Source: Candidatus Poribacteria bacterium
GTDB taxonomy: Bacteria; Poribacteria; WGA-4E; WGA-3G
Assembly: GCA_965237835.1 (NCBI GenBank)
Contig: OZ250160.1
Coordinates: 128,503-192,502 of the forward strand
Reading direction: 5' to 3'
DNA length: 64,000 nt
Shown here piece after piece: positions 8,339 through 18,876 of the stretch (within the stretch, counting starts at the first letter, position 1; every line of letters starts with the position of its first letter). The translations under genes were made by a program, and so were the position numbers. The notes under the pieces are model-generated. The model had not been told where the DNA came from, ran no database searches, and saw only the letters and a list, made by a program, of their open reading frames with translations.

Positions 8339-10027
8339 TTAATTCTTCAGGTGAGAAGCGATAAACGGTGCAAATTTCCCTAATACCTCAAGCGGTGACT
8401 CTTTATCTGAAAGTGATATTTCTAACATTGCCTCATTTTTCTTGACTGTAATCCAAGCAAGTAGCGGAGAAATTTCATCTGACATGACAACATCATTTTC
8501 TATCTGCATTGAACTATCAATCAATTCCAACAACTTTACAATGTTTAGTTTAACAACTGCAAGCGGGGTTTTGGGTAACTGTTTTAAATATGACAACTTC
8601 TTTTTATTTTCAAATCCATCAACCATAGAATACATCTGGTCTTCAGAAAAACTTAATAGAGATAGACCATCTCTTTCGGCATAGTAAATATTTGATGTGA
8701 ACATAGATATATTTGTACCTTTATAATCCATCTTAGAAACAGAGGTATTCTGTAGGTTGGAAAGACTATTCTCTATCTGATCCCATTTTGATGGGGCTGA
8801 AGAATTGAATATCAAACCGCCGTGTGTGTGTACGTTTGATGCATCTATACTAAAGGTATTATCTAATTCAATATCAAGATTTTCCAAACCATTCGGATCA
8901 AATTGGGTTAAATCACCTACAGACAGTGCGATTTCACCTGTCAATCCAGCGATAACATCCTCCTCAAAATTGAGATTTGATAGTCCTTCAAGATATGAAA
9001 TAAACGTATATGCTTCATCCGTATCGGAATTTTGAATTGCTTCACGGGCAAGTTCCCACATAGTTTCTGAAATACCTGGTGCAAAAGCGATAAACAATTC
9101 TTCCTCACCAGATATTCCTCTTAGTGTTGCCAGTTCTTTCCCCTCTTTCAGGTGGCGACTAACTTGACTCTCAGGAAAATTCGGATCAAATTTTGTGAAA
9201 AGCTGAAACATCGGACCTGTTTCTAATAAATTGAGTCCAGCACCAACCTTCGAAAAAGCTTCAAGTTGTATCCGAACATCTGCGTCCATATCTTCAACAA
9301 AAGGAATGATCCTTCGGAGATCAAGATATAGTGACACTTGTGCTGAACCAATATTTTTTGAAACTGCCGTATATGATTCGTTCTTAAGGATTGATTCGGA
9401 TTTCTTCCGATAAGTATCAATCAACTTCTCAAAACTGTTTTTTCCAATGCCAACGACCAGAAAATCGCCGACAAAACCATAAGTTAAAAGGACATCTGGC
9501 ATTTGGAGCGTGTTGTATTTTACCTTCCTATGTTCACCCGCATCAAGTGTTAATCTACCTCCTGACATTCCCATGAAACCTGTAAGGATTTTAATTAATC
9601 GTTGCATCTCAGCGAGATTGCCCCCGGAATGCACAACAAAGCCTCCATGTGGGTCACCTACTTCTCTTTGCCACATTGCCAACCCAGTTTGGTATCCCAC
9701 TGTGTCAATTACACTGAATAGGTCAGTTCCGATTATATTTTGTACAGCCATTATTCCTTGCTGCATTTCCTCCAATTCTGATCCATCAATTAGTAACTCA
9801 AAGGCTTTCTCCCAATCTTTTGATATATTAATTTCATTATAAATTTCGTCAATATCATTAAGTTGGGCATAGAGGATACTTTCCTTCGGAATAAAGTTAG
9901 TCACCTTTGCTGCGTGTACGGAAATAGGTATCCCGACAATTAATAGAGTGAAAAAGATTATCTTAGGTATGTTAGACCAAGTCAGTGATGAGGAACTGTG
10001 GTTTTGAACAAAGGACTTGAATTTCAT
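8339..10027 (-). CDS. Secreted/anchored hypothetical protein (possibly DUF3352-like)
   Basis: 562 aa with an N-terminal hydrophobic anchor IIFFTLLIVGIPISVHA and no catalytic motif recognised. Confidence 0.45.
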   Translation of the reverse strand: MKFKSFVQNHSSSSLTWSNIPKIIFFTLLIVGIPISVHAAKVTNFIPKESILYAQLNDIDEIYNEINISKDWEKAFELLIDGSELEEMQQGIMAVQNIIGTDLFSVIDTVGYQTGLAMWQREVGDPHGGFVVHSGGNLAEMQRLIKILTGFMGMSGGRLTLDAGEHRKVKYNTLQMPDVLLTYGFVGDFLVVGIGKNSFEKLIDTYRKKSESILKNESYTAVSKNIGSAQVSLYLDLRRIIPFVEDMDADVRIQLEAFSKVGAGLNLLETGPMFQLFTKFDPNFPESQVSRHLKEGKELATLRGISGEEELFIAFAPGISETMWELAREAIQNSDTDEAYTFISYLEGLSNLNFEEDVIAGLTGEIALSVGDLTQFDPNGLENLDIELDNTFSIDASNVHTHGGLIFNSSAPSKWDQIENSLSNLQNTSVSKMDYKGTNISMFTSNIYYAERDGLSLLSFSEDQMYSMVDGFENKKKLSYLKQLPKTPLAVVKLNIVKLLELIDSSMQIENDVVMSDEISPLLAWITVKKNEAMLEISLSDKESPLEVLGKFAPFIASHLKN

Positions 10028-10041
10028 CAGAAACCTCCAAT

Positions 10042-11739
10042 TTAGGGAACTCGAATTTCTTCTACCATTGCCTGCACCTCTTCAGGTGGCGGTGGCGTGA
10101 AAATAGACACGACTATAGCGACAACAAAATTTAGCACCATGCCAACGGTCCCGATTCCTTCGGGGGAAATACCTAAAAACCAATGCTCCGGTATGTTAAG
10201 GGCTGGTTTGATAAATTTGAAAAAGATAATATACGATGCTGTAAACGTGATGCCGACTATCATTCCTGTTACAGCACCAGCTTTGTTCATACGTTTAGAG
10301 AAAATCCCCATGACAATTGCTGGGAAAAATGAACTTGCAGCGAGGCCGAAAGCAAAAGCAACAACTTGACCAACAAATCCGGGTGGATTAATTCCGAAGT
10401 AACCAGCGATACAAACTGCAAAACCTGCGGCGATCCTCGCAGCACCTAATTCCTGCTTCTCTGTCATATTCGGTACAAAGCAACCCTTAAGTAAGTCATG
10501 GGCAATAGCAGTTGAGATTACCAACAGGAGCCCCGCGGCAGTTGATAAAGCTGCTGCTAAGCCTCCTGCAGCAACTAATCCAATAATCCAATTCGGAAGT
10601 TTTGCGATTTCAGGGTTGGCTAACACCATGATGTCTGGATCAATTTTCAGTTCATTCTTAACCTTGGATTTTGAACCACGATACTGAATTGCACCATCTT
10701 CGTTAAGATCTTTAAACTTAATCAGTCCAGTCATTTCCCAATTCTTAAACCACTCAGGCACGTCTTCATATTGGACATCTATTAATTCGCCATCCTGTTC
10801 AGAAGTTACAGTATTGAGCAGGTTTGTTCTTGCAAATATGGCAACCGCAGGTGCAGTAGTATAGAGAAGAGCGATAAATAGTAACGCCCATCCTGCAGAA
10901 ATCCTTGCTTCGGATGCTTTTCGTACTGTGTAGAACCGAATAATCACATGCGGAAGTCCTGCTGTTCCTAACATCAACGCTGCTGTGATGAAAAAGACAT
11001 CGATAGTAGATTTACTCCCATCGGTGTATCGGTCAAAGCCGAGTGCCTCGTTTAAACCGTTGAGTCGATCCAAGAGGTAAAGTCCCGAACCATCAGCGAT
11101 TTTTCCCATGAACCCTAGCTGCGGGATAGCATTCCCAGTAATCAAGATTGAGATGAAAATAGCAGGCACGAGATATGCAAACATGAGAACACAATATTGT
11201 GCAACCTGCGTGTAGGTAATGCCCTTCATGCCACCGAGCACAGCATAAAAGAACACAATCCCCATGCCTATTAGCACACCCATTGTGATATCAACATTCA
11301 GAAACCTGGAAAAAACAATACCGACACCGCGCATCTGTCCTGCAACGTAAGTAAACGAGACAAAAACAGCACATATAACAGCAACAATCCGAGCCAATTG
11401 TGAATAATACCTGTCACCAACGAAATCGGGAACAGTATACTTTCCGAATTTGCGGAGGTAAGGTGCTAATAGCAAGGCAAGTAAAACGTATCCGCCAGTC
11501 CAACCGAGCAGGTAGACTGAACCGTCGCGCCCCATAAACGAGATGAGTCCTGCCATAGAGATGAAGGAGGCAGCACTCATCCAATCTGCCGCTGTTGCCA
11601 TTCCGTTTACAACTGGATGTACATTGCTACCAGCAACATAGAAGTCTTCTGTTGAACGCGCTCTTGACCAGATCGCAAGTCCGATATACAATGCGAAGGA
11701 GAGCCCAACCATCACGAAAGTCCATGCTTGTACATCCAT
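10042..11739 (-). CDS. Sodium:solute symporter family transporter (ActP-like)
   Basis: 565 aa, polytopic, with SSF-type architecture. It is preceded by its usual DUF4212 partner. Confidence 0.8.
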   Translation of the reverse strand: MDVQAWTFVMVGLSFALYIGLAIWSRARSTEDFYVAGSNVHPVVNGMATAADWMSAASFISMAGLISFMGRDGSVYLLGWTGGYVLLALLLAPYLRKFGKYTVPDFVGDRYYSQLARIVAVICAVFVSFTYVAGQMRGVGIVFSRFLNVDITMGVLIGMGIVFFYAVLGGMKGITYTQVAQYCVLMFAYLVPAIFISILITGNAIPQLGFMGKIADGSGLYLLDRLNGLNEALGFDRYTDGSKSTIDVFFITAALMLGTAGLPHVIIRFYTVRKASEARISAGWALLFIALLYTTAPAVAIFARTNLLNTVTSEQDGELIDVQYEDVPEWFKNWEMTGLIKFKDLNEDGAIQYRGSKSKVKNELKIDPDIMVLANPEIAKLPNWIIGLVAAGGLAAALSTAAGLLLVISTAIAHDLLKGCFVPNMTEKQELGAARIAAGFAVCIAGYFGINPPGFVGQVVAFAFGLAASSFFPAIVMGIFSKRMNKAGAVTGMIVGITFTASYIIFFKFIKPALNIPEHWFLGISPEGIGTVGMVLNFVVAIVVSIFTPPPPEEVQAMVEEIRVP

Positions 11740-11741
11740 GA

Positions 11742-12017
11742 TTATTCAGATTCCTCCGCTTCATCGGATGCCATGTATTTCTTATCCAAACGATTCATCA
11801 ACCATGTATAGACAAAAATCAACTCTACAAAAATCCATATTGATGCTTGTTGCGCAAAATAGAAGCCGAGACGAAACCCACCAAATCGTATTTTATCAAG
11901 TTCGTCAACAAAAACTATTGAACAGAGATACGAAGTGACAAACCAAATTCCGAGAAGGATAGCGAGATATTGTAAATTTTTACGCCAGTACAATCTACTA
12001 TTATCAGATGGTTTCAC
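11742..12017 (-). CDS. DUF4212 small membrane subunit of the solute symporter
   Basis: 91 aa with two TM segments. It ends 3 nt before the symporter start, a conserved pairing. Confidence 0.65.
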   Translation of the reverse strand: MKPSDNSRLYWRKNLQYLAILLGIWFVTSYLCSIVFVDELDKIRFGGFRLGFYFAQQASIWIFVELIFVYTWLMNRLDKKYMASDEAEESE

Positions 12018-12094
12018 AAACTGCCCTCCGTTAGTAAACGATTAAATATAGAGTTCCCAAAACATTTTTATAGTATCAAATAAGCGTTATTTTG

Positions 12095-12685
12095 TCAATA
12101 ATTATCAGGAAACATCAGCCTCTCCACATGTTCTATCAATATATGTATAACTTTGATATGGATCTCTTGAATCCTATCAGCGGTATCTCCCGGAGCAATG
12201 ATATAACTATCACAGTGTTGTTTGAGCATTCCACCATCTCTTCCGATCAATCCGAATACATGCATTTGCCTTGATTTTGCTGCCGCTGCTGCGCGTACAA
12301 CATTTTCAGAATTACCACTTGTTGAGAGTGCAACTAACATATCACCGGGATGTCCAAGTGCCAGCAATGGTCGCGCGAATACTTCGGTAAACCCAAAATC
12401 GTTCGCTGTGCATGTGATATGTCCTGCATCGCTCAGCGCAATAACAGGGAGTGGTTTGCGATTGTCTCGAAACTTTCCGGTGCATTCTTCTGCAAAGTGG
12501 ATGGCATCACACATACTCCCGCCATTACCACACGTAAATATCCGTCCCTGTTGTTCAAATATATCTTGCATCGTGGCTGCCGTTTCAGCAACGACTGTGA
12601 TATTATCAGGATTTTGGATAAACTGATTGAGTGTGTTCTGCGCTTCCAACAGCGCGTTACGAACACTATCCAAGATGTCCATCAA
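12095..12685 (-). CDS. gmhA: D-sedoheptulose-7-phosphate isomerase (SIS domain)
   Basis: 196 aa with FTCGNGGSMCDAIHFAEE and LSTSGNSENV SIS motifs. Confidence 0.75.
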   Translation of the reverse strand: MMDILDSVRNALLEAQNTLNQFIQNPDNITVVAETAATMQDIFEQQGRIFTCGNGGSMCDAIHFAEECTGKFRDNRKPLPVIALSDAGHITCTANDFGFTEVFARPLLALGHPGDMLVALSTSGNSENVVRAAAAAKSRQMHVFGLIGRDGGMLKQHCDSYIIAPGDTADRIQEIHIKVIHILIEHVERLMFPDNY

Positions 12686-13455
12686 CTTTTTCTCCTACCG
12701 GTAATTGTTAGAAAGGTCATTAAAACTGTGATTGATTCAATTGGATCAGAAACCATTAAAATTAGCATAATCTCAATTAACAAGGGCACCCGATTTTTCG
12801 GGCACCCTGTTTGAATTAATTGGTACACACTCTGTGTAATTCAACCTAATGCCAACCTTAGGCTATTTAGAGAATTGATAAAGGGGTTAGTAACTGCACA
12901 AAATTTTCTATGATAATCTATCATTATGTGTTGTTTTTTGTCAGATTTTCTGTTGGACTAATGATAGAAAAATCTGTCATAATCTGTTGGGTTGAAGTCT
13001 TCCTGCTTCTGTTTTTTGCTAAAGTCCTCATTCCGAGCAATCCTCGTTCAATCAGGTGGAAATGAGATAGCTGCGGAGAACCCCAAGGAAACTTTAGAAT
13101 AAGAGGACACCTCAACCAGTCCTCTGCTTCTACACCAGTTGGAGATTTCATCAGCGGTGTGAAAGGGAGTCACCCGACATGTTTCGCATCTAAAACTTGT
13201 TGTCCATCTAAATCAGCCAGTCGTAAAACCTGATCTGATATTTCTCACAATTGTCTGGTCCCTATTGGTTTGTTCGTTTCAAGAATGAGTATACGGATCT
13301 TATTAAGGTCTTGCTGTGAAAGTTCACCGAGTGCTGGCAACGCGATGGCACAGAATAGGACTGAGAATAGCAAAGCGGTTTCATTGTGTGTCTCCTTAGC
13401 GTATAGTAAACCACATTTGCGCTCGGTTGTCAATAAAAATGTGAAACAGGAATTA

Positions 13456-13602
13456 TTGTCTGAACCAGGATTTCCAGGATTGAAGATTTGTGAATGGCAA
13501 TGTGTCTTTGTAGCGCAAACTAAAAGTTTGTGCTACAGCAGATACGCTTGATGAGAAACAATCCTGAAAATCTCATAATCCTGAAAATCCTGGTTCAGAC
13601 AA
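13456..13602. repeat. Large imperfect palindrome: inverted family-D arms around a REP-like hairpin
   Basis: TTGTCTGAACCAGGATTTCCAGGATT... (13456-) and ...AATCCTGAAAATCCTGGTTCAGACAA (-13602) flank GTAGCGCAAACT-aaa-AGTTTGTGCTAC (13510-13536). Confidence 0.6.
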
Positions 13603-13924
13603 AATAATCCGAGATTCAGACATTAAATCGGGTGCTGCTTCGCTTTACCCACCTACGATACCGTCAAATACCAACAACTTTACACACCCCGGAATAAAGA
13701 AGTACTTGAAAAAATCTAGTTGATTTGATAAGCTGATGTTGTATGAGATGTCCTCCTAATTCTCAATACAAGGAAACTGAAAATTAACCGATTAAATCCC
13801 TAATCTGCAACTCACCTTATTTCGGGCACCAAACTCACGTTATTATACCAAAAGATTCTCCTTCTCTCACACAATACTATTTCTTTCATCAAACTCACGT
13901 CACGCTATAAATAGAGGTTCCTAC

Positions 13925-15775
13925 ATGTCAGATAACAACTCATTCCTAAAATCCGGTATCCGAGACAACCTTCTTCGTGGCACAGTTCGCGATTTTTTAG
14001 AACAGGAAATTAAGAGCGGTTCCGCGCTTTCTGTTGTATCTGCTTACTTCACCATTTATGCTTATGAAAAGATGCAACATTCCCTCAACAAAATAGAGGA
14101 ACTCCGATTCCTATTCGGTGACCCCGATTTTGTCAAACGTATGGATCCGAATAATACAGATAAAAAAGCGTTTGACATAACGGATACAGGCTTAGAACTT
14201 AACCAGCAACTCCGACAGAAACCGATAGCCAAAGCATGTGCCGAATGGATAAAAGAGAAGGTAGAAATCCGCACTACCCGCCAATCAAATCTACTTCACG
14301 GGAAGATGTATCACATCGCCAATAACGGTGTTGATAAAGCTATTCTGGGCAGCTCCAATTTTACCGTGCGCGGACTCGGACTGAGTTCAAATAGCAGCAA
14401 CATTGAACTCAACCTAGAGGTGGATAGCGACCGCGACCGCACTGACCTAAAGACGTGGTTTGACGAAATCTGGAATAACGATAAACTGGTTGAAGATGTC
14501 AAAGAAAAAGTACTGGCAAAACTGAAGCAGATAGGGCAAGATCACCCACCAGAACTCATCTATTACAAAACCCTATACGAACTTTTCCGTGAAGAAATTG
14601 AGACCCGAAAAACAAACGATCAGACCCTTGAGGATATACATCTATACGACATGAAAATTTGGAAGAAACTGTATGAATTCCAAAAAGAGGGTGCGAAAAG
14701 CGTAATCGCTCGGTTATTACGCCATAACGGCTGCATCTTGGCAGACAGTGTTGGATTGGGAAAAACCTACACCGCACTTGCTGTTATCAAGTTCTTTGAA
14801 TTGCGAAACGAACGCGTCCTTGTGCTATGTCCCAAAAAACTCCGCGAAAATTGGGCACTCTATCCCGCACATAATATGCAAGCAGCCAATGATTTCCTTG
14901 ATGATAAATTCGGTTATTCTTTATTATCGCATACCGATCTATCCCGTTATACAGGCGATGCCGATGGTATCAATCTGGAAGGTTTCAAGTGGCAGAATTT
15001 TGACCTGATAGTGATTGATGAATCTCATAACTTCCGAAACGATACCAAGCCCGGTGAGGATAAAGATGGCAATTTTCGACACAGTCGCTATTCACGACTA
15101 TTAGAAGAGGTTATCAAGGAAGGCACTAAAACCAAAGTGCTGATGCTTTCCGCAACACCAGTGAATACTTCACTTACTGACCTCCGCAATCAAATATATC
15201 TCATGACAGAAAAACGCGAGGATGTCTTTAGAAAAAGTTTGGGAGTCAGCAATATCCGCAATTTAATACAACAGGCACAAAAAGCATTCAAGACGTGGGA
15301 AGAAAATGTACCCAAAGATGGCGCAAGAGATAAGACAGAATTATTTAATACTTTAGGCGCAGACTTTTTCCAACTGCTCGGCGGCGTTTCTATTGCCCGT
15401 TCCCGAAGGCATATCATAAAATACTACGCGGAAGAAATTGAACGTATCGGTGAATTCCCCAAAAAACTGAAACCAGAAAATTGCCACCCACGCACCGACC
15501 TGTCCGGTGCACTCTCATACAAAGCACTGGCAGATCAGATAGGCGATTTCGCCCTATCCATCTATAGACCGTCTAGTTATGTGGTGAGTGAAACAGCAAA
15601 ACAACGATTGGCAAATGAGAAACAGAGACTCCGTTTTAATCAGGAGGACCGCGAGAAATTTCTTATCGGCATGATGCAAACCAACTTCCTCAAACGACTG
15701 GAAAGTTCTGCTCACTCCCTCTCCGAAACACTTGAACGCACTATCAACAAACATGATGAAATGCTGGAGAAGATT
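13925..15775 (+). pseudogene. PLD-nuclease/SNF2-helicase restriction-type subunit, 5' fragment (617 codons), interrupted by an IS
   Basis: HKD motif LHGKMYHIANNGVDKAILGSSNFT. SNF2 motifs LADSVGLGKTYTALA, DLIVIDESHNFRN and LMLSATPVNT. The frame is broken after ...HDEMLEKI by the IS end at 15776. Confidence 0.85.
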
Positions 15776-17244
15776 GGGTGTGTAAAGTTTTTGTACAAAT
15801 AATTATGCAGCTTTTGTGTTTGGATACCAATATCTGTCCCAATCTTTATTCTTCAATAAACACCGCCAACCAAGCACAGCATTGATGCCCGGTTTCTCCC
15901 ATCTCATAGAAGCTTGTTTACATCTTTGCCCGACGACATGTTTACAGGCACTCTCAATCACACCACTTCCGATCTGATACCCCTTTTCTCTAAACGCTTT
16001 ATACTGCATACGCGGCGCATGTTTTTCAAAATAACCTGCTTCTCTTTCTAAACTTTCCCTGACTTCCGGATTTTGTGTGCATAAGGCATAGATGCGGGCG
16101 ACCACTTCTGTGATGTTGCCAGCGTAGAGGTGCGGTTCCATCTCATTTATCCACGCACCGATAACTTCTGTTTCAGTCTCTCCGAAGGCGTGTTTGGCAA
16201 CACCATAGAGATGAGATTTGGCGTGCATGTAATCCACAATCTCAACAGCATTAGGGAAGTATTCATCGGCTAATTTCCAAATCCACGCCGCACCATCCCC
16301 GATAAAGACAACTTCCTGCGTCGCTATATCCTCTTGATAGATACCACTGTGCGTTGCTAACGCAAATAACTCCTTACCAAAATGTTCCGCATTATTACCG
16401 CTCGCAACATACCGGATACTTGGCACTCTGGCACTCGGTGTCGTCTCAGAACCACATTGTGGATAATCTCTGTAAACACACCCAACTTTCACTTCAGTCC
16501 ACCCGTTTGGTGAGTTCGTATAACACCCATCACAACTCACATACCACCGCTGATTTTCCTCAAGATTTTGGGTTTCTACTTGTTCTGGCACGCTCAAATC
16601 TTCTGACCACTCACGCACTTTTTGATGGAGCGTCGTGTGGCTTACTTCTATCCCCTGACGAGACAACTCCTCAGCCGCTTCCCTAAAGTCAAGACACGCT
16701 GCCAGACGACACATCGCTTCTGCGACACGATGTGTGTATTGATCCCGCAACTTTTGTCCGGTTTCCCACGGCACATGGTTATGACCCGATGCACAACGAT
16801 ACACCCAACGCTCTACACAGATCACACCACATACCGTCGTAATACGCCGCGCCCTTTTACACCACGGACGGCACACTTGTTCACACTCAGGACATTCAAC
16901 AGGTTCACAAGCAGACTTACCTGCCATTTGAGAGATAAACATCTCTAAAAACTTTTGACCCCACGAACGAGATGTCTCAAATACACGAAACTCGGCTTCT
17001 TCTAACGGTATACACGGATCGGAAAACATCTCTCTCGCAAAATCGTTGAATTCTTCTACAAACTTCTTAAATACTTCTTCAAACTCTTTGACTTCACAAC
17101 TTGCTAATGATATACTAAACATCGGTATCCTCTCCTATTTTGTTCATAGTTTATGTTCATAGTTTATTAGGAAAGGATACCATTTTTTGGTAAAACTATA
17201 AACATCTTTCCAATTCATAACTTGTACAAAAACTTTACACACCC
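15776..17244 (-). mobile_element. Intact IS element, 1469 bp (ISKra4/ISLre2-like)
   Basis: Perfect 23-bp terminal inverted repeats GGGTGTGTAAAGTTTTTGTACAA (15776-15798) and TTGTACAAAAACTTTACACACCC (17222-17244). Perfect 9-bp direct repeat GAGAAGATT at 15767-15775 and 17245-17253. Confidence 0.9.
15803..17122 (-). CDS. DDE transposase with an N-terminal zinc ribbon
   Basis: 439 aa with CPECEQVCRPW...C, YVSCDGCY, FIGDGAAWIWKL and DYMHAKSHL blocks. Family assignment is tentative. Confidence 0.75.
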   Translation of the reverse strand: MFSISLASCEVKEFEEVFKKFVEEFNDFAREMFSDPCIPLEEAEFRVFETSRSWGQKFLEMFISQMAGKSACEPVECPECEQVCRPWCKRARRITTVCGVICVERWVYRCASGHNHVPWETGQKLRDQYTHRVAEAMCRLAACLDFREAAEELSRQGIEVSHTTLHQKVREWSEDLSVPEQVETQNLEENQRWYVSCDGCYTNSPNGWTEVKVGCVYRDYPQCGSETTPSARVPSIRYVASGNNAEHFGKELFALATHSGIYQEDIATQEVVFIGDGAAWIWKLADEYFPNAVEIVDYMHAKSHLYGVAKHAFGETETEVIGAWINEMEPHLYAGNITEVVARIYALCTQNPEVRESLEREAGYFEKHAPRMQYKAFREKGYQIGSGVIESACKHVVGQRCKQASMRWEKPGINAVLGWRCLLKNKDWDRYWYPNTKAA

Positions 17245-17253
17245 GAGAAGATT

Positions 17254-18690
17254 GAGCGGTTTGAGAAAAACATCAATATATTGGACGTAGAAGCAAATGT
17301 CCTCCCCGATGACGATGAAGACGATGAGGAATTTTTGGTCAATCGTGCCAAAAATCCGTATCATCTGAAGGAATTAGATTGCACCCGTTGGAAGCAAGAC
17401 CTCATCAAAGATAAACAAACCCTAACGGCAGCGTGGGAAAAAGTCAAATCCATCACCCCTGAGAAAGATGGAAAACTCAAAGAGATCAAGAAGCATATTC
17501 GGGACAAGGTGCAAAATTCCACCGCCGATAAAGATGGAAAACCTAACCGCAAACTGTTAGTCTTCACTACCTTCAAAGATACGGCAGTTTACCTTTATGA
17601 TAACTTGTCTGAACTTGCATCGGAATTAGAGTTGAACATGGCGTTGGTTTCTGGAGAGATAACCCGAACAACCTGCGGACAAAATAACTTCAACGCTATA
17701 CTAACGAACTTTGCACCGCGCGCAAGAGGTCGAACTGATGAAACAAGCGACAACATTGATCTAATCATTGCTACCGATTGCATCTCTGAAGGACAAAATC
17801 TGCAGGATTGTGACACAGTCCTCAATTATGATATACACTGGAATCCCGTGCGTATCATTCAACGTTTTGGGCGCATAGACAGGATCGGTAGCAAGAATAA
17901 AGAAGTGAAAATGATAAACTATTGGCCCACTGAAGATATGGAAGTGTATCTGCGTCTACAAACTCGGGTCGCATCGCGCATGGCACTTGCAGATGCAACC
18001 GCAAGCGGTGATGACGACCCGCTAAACGATTTCACTTATGAACAGGCGGAGATGGAACTCAATTTCCGTGACGCACAGTTGGAGCAGCTACGTAAGGAAG
18101 TGCTTGATCTCGACGATCTCTCTGAGGGTGTTGTGTTGAGTGATTTTACGCTCGATTACTTCTTTACACAACTACTGAAATATCTTGAAAAAAATCGTGC
18201 GGAATTGGATGCAACACCTGATGGTGCCTACGCTGTCACGGATTACGAAAATAATCCGAAGGAAAACGGTGTCATCTTCTTCCTACAACAACGTAACGCC
18301 AGCACAGATAAACAGCAGAAATCTGCCAGTCCCATCTATCCATATTATATCGTCTACATCCGCAATAATGGTGACATCCGATACGGGTGTGCAAACGCTA
18401 AACAGGTGTTAGATCTGTTTGAGGCATCGGCTGTCGGAAAGACCGAACCTATTCAGAACTTGTGCCTACAGTTTGACAGAGAAACCGAACACGGTGATAA
18501 TATGGCACATTATAACAAACTATTGGACACGGTGATTACGCATATCACACGGTCGCATACGAAAACACAGAGCCAAATTCTGAGGAGAGGTAGTCCACGC
18601 GATTCTAAACTTACCCCAGCATCCAAAGTACCTAAAGATACTGGTGATTTTAAATTGGTGACGTGGTTGATTATTACGTCTGATGCCTAA
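17254..18690 (+). pseudogene. PLD-SNF2 helicase, 3' fragment (helicase C-terminal domain plus tail)
   Basis: In frame with 13925-15775 once the IS and one target-duplication copy are removed (...LEKI|ERFEKNINILDVEANV...). Motifs LLVFTTFKDTA and ATDCISEGQNLQDCDTVLNYDIHWNPVRIIQRFGRIDRIGS. The reconstructed ORF is 1095 aa. Confidence 0.85.
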
Positions 18691-18697
18691 AAAACAG

Positions 18698-18734
18698 GTT
18701 CGTAGTCGCGCAATTCATTGCGCCTCTTACATTC
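18698..18734. repeat. Solo arm of the long hairpin found at 51187-51261
   Basis: GTTCGTAGTCGCGCAATTCATTGCGCCTCTTACATTC matches the reverse complement of the right arm and loop edge of the 51.2-kb hairpin. Confidence 0.6.
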
Positions 18735-18818
18735 ATAGGACTTTTCAAACTCAATGGAGCCCTATCTTTATTGTAGGGGCAGGTCTCTGGGCCCGCCCGT
18801 GCTTAGGTGAGATGATGC

Positions 18819-18862
18819 CAATCCTGAAAATCCGCAAATCCTGTGAATCCTGGTTCAGACAG
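18819..18862. repeat. Family-D repeat copy (AATCCTGAAAATCC...GGTTCAGACA)
   Basis: CAATCCTGAAAATCCGCAAATCCTGTGAATCCTGGTTCAGACAG lies between the helicase and methyltransferase genes. Confidence 0.6.
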
Positions 18863-18876
18863 AAAGAGGATCAATA

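Noticed and set aside
12700-13920. Island boundary features (tRNA, integrase, att sites) and small ORFs at 12924-13151 and 13245-13433
   Set aside because: I found no tRNA-like cloverleaf and no recombinase ORF. The small ORFs lack RBSs and look like fragments, so the boundary is defined only by repeats.
16354-16948. 110- and 108-aa ORFs antisense to the transposase gene
   Set aside because: They are shadow ORFs inside a well-supported DDE transposase gene.
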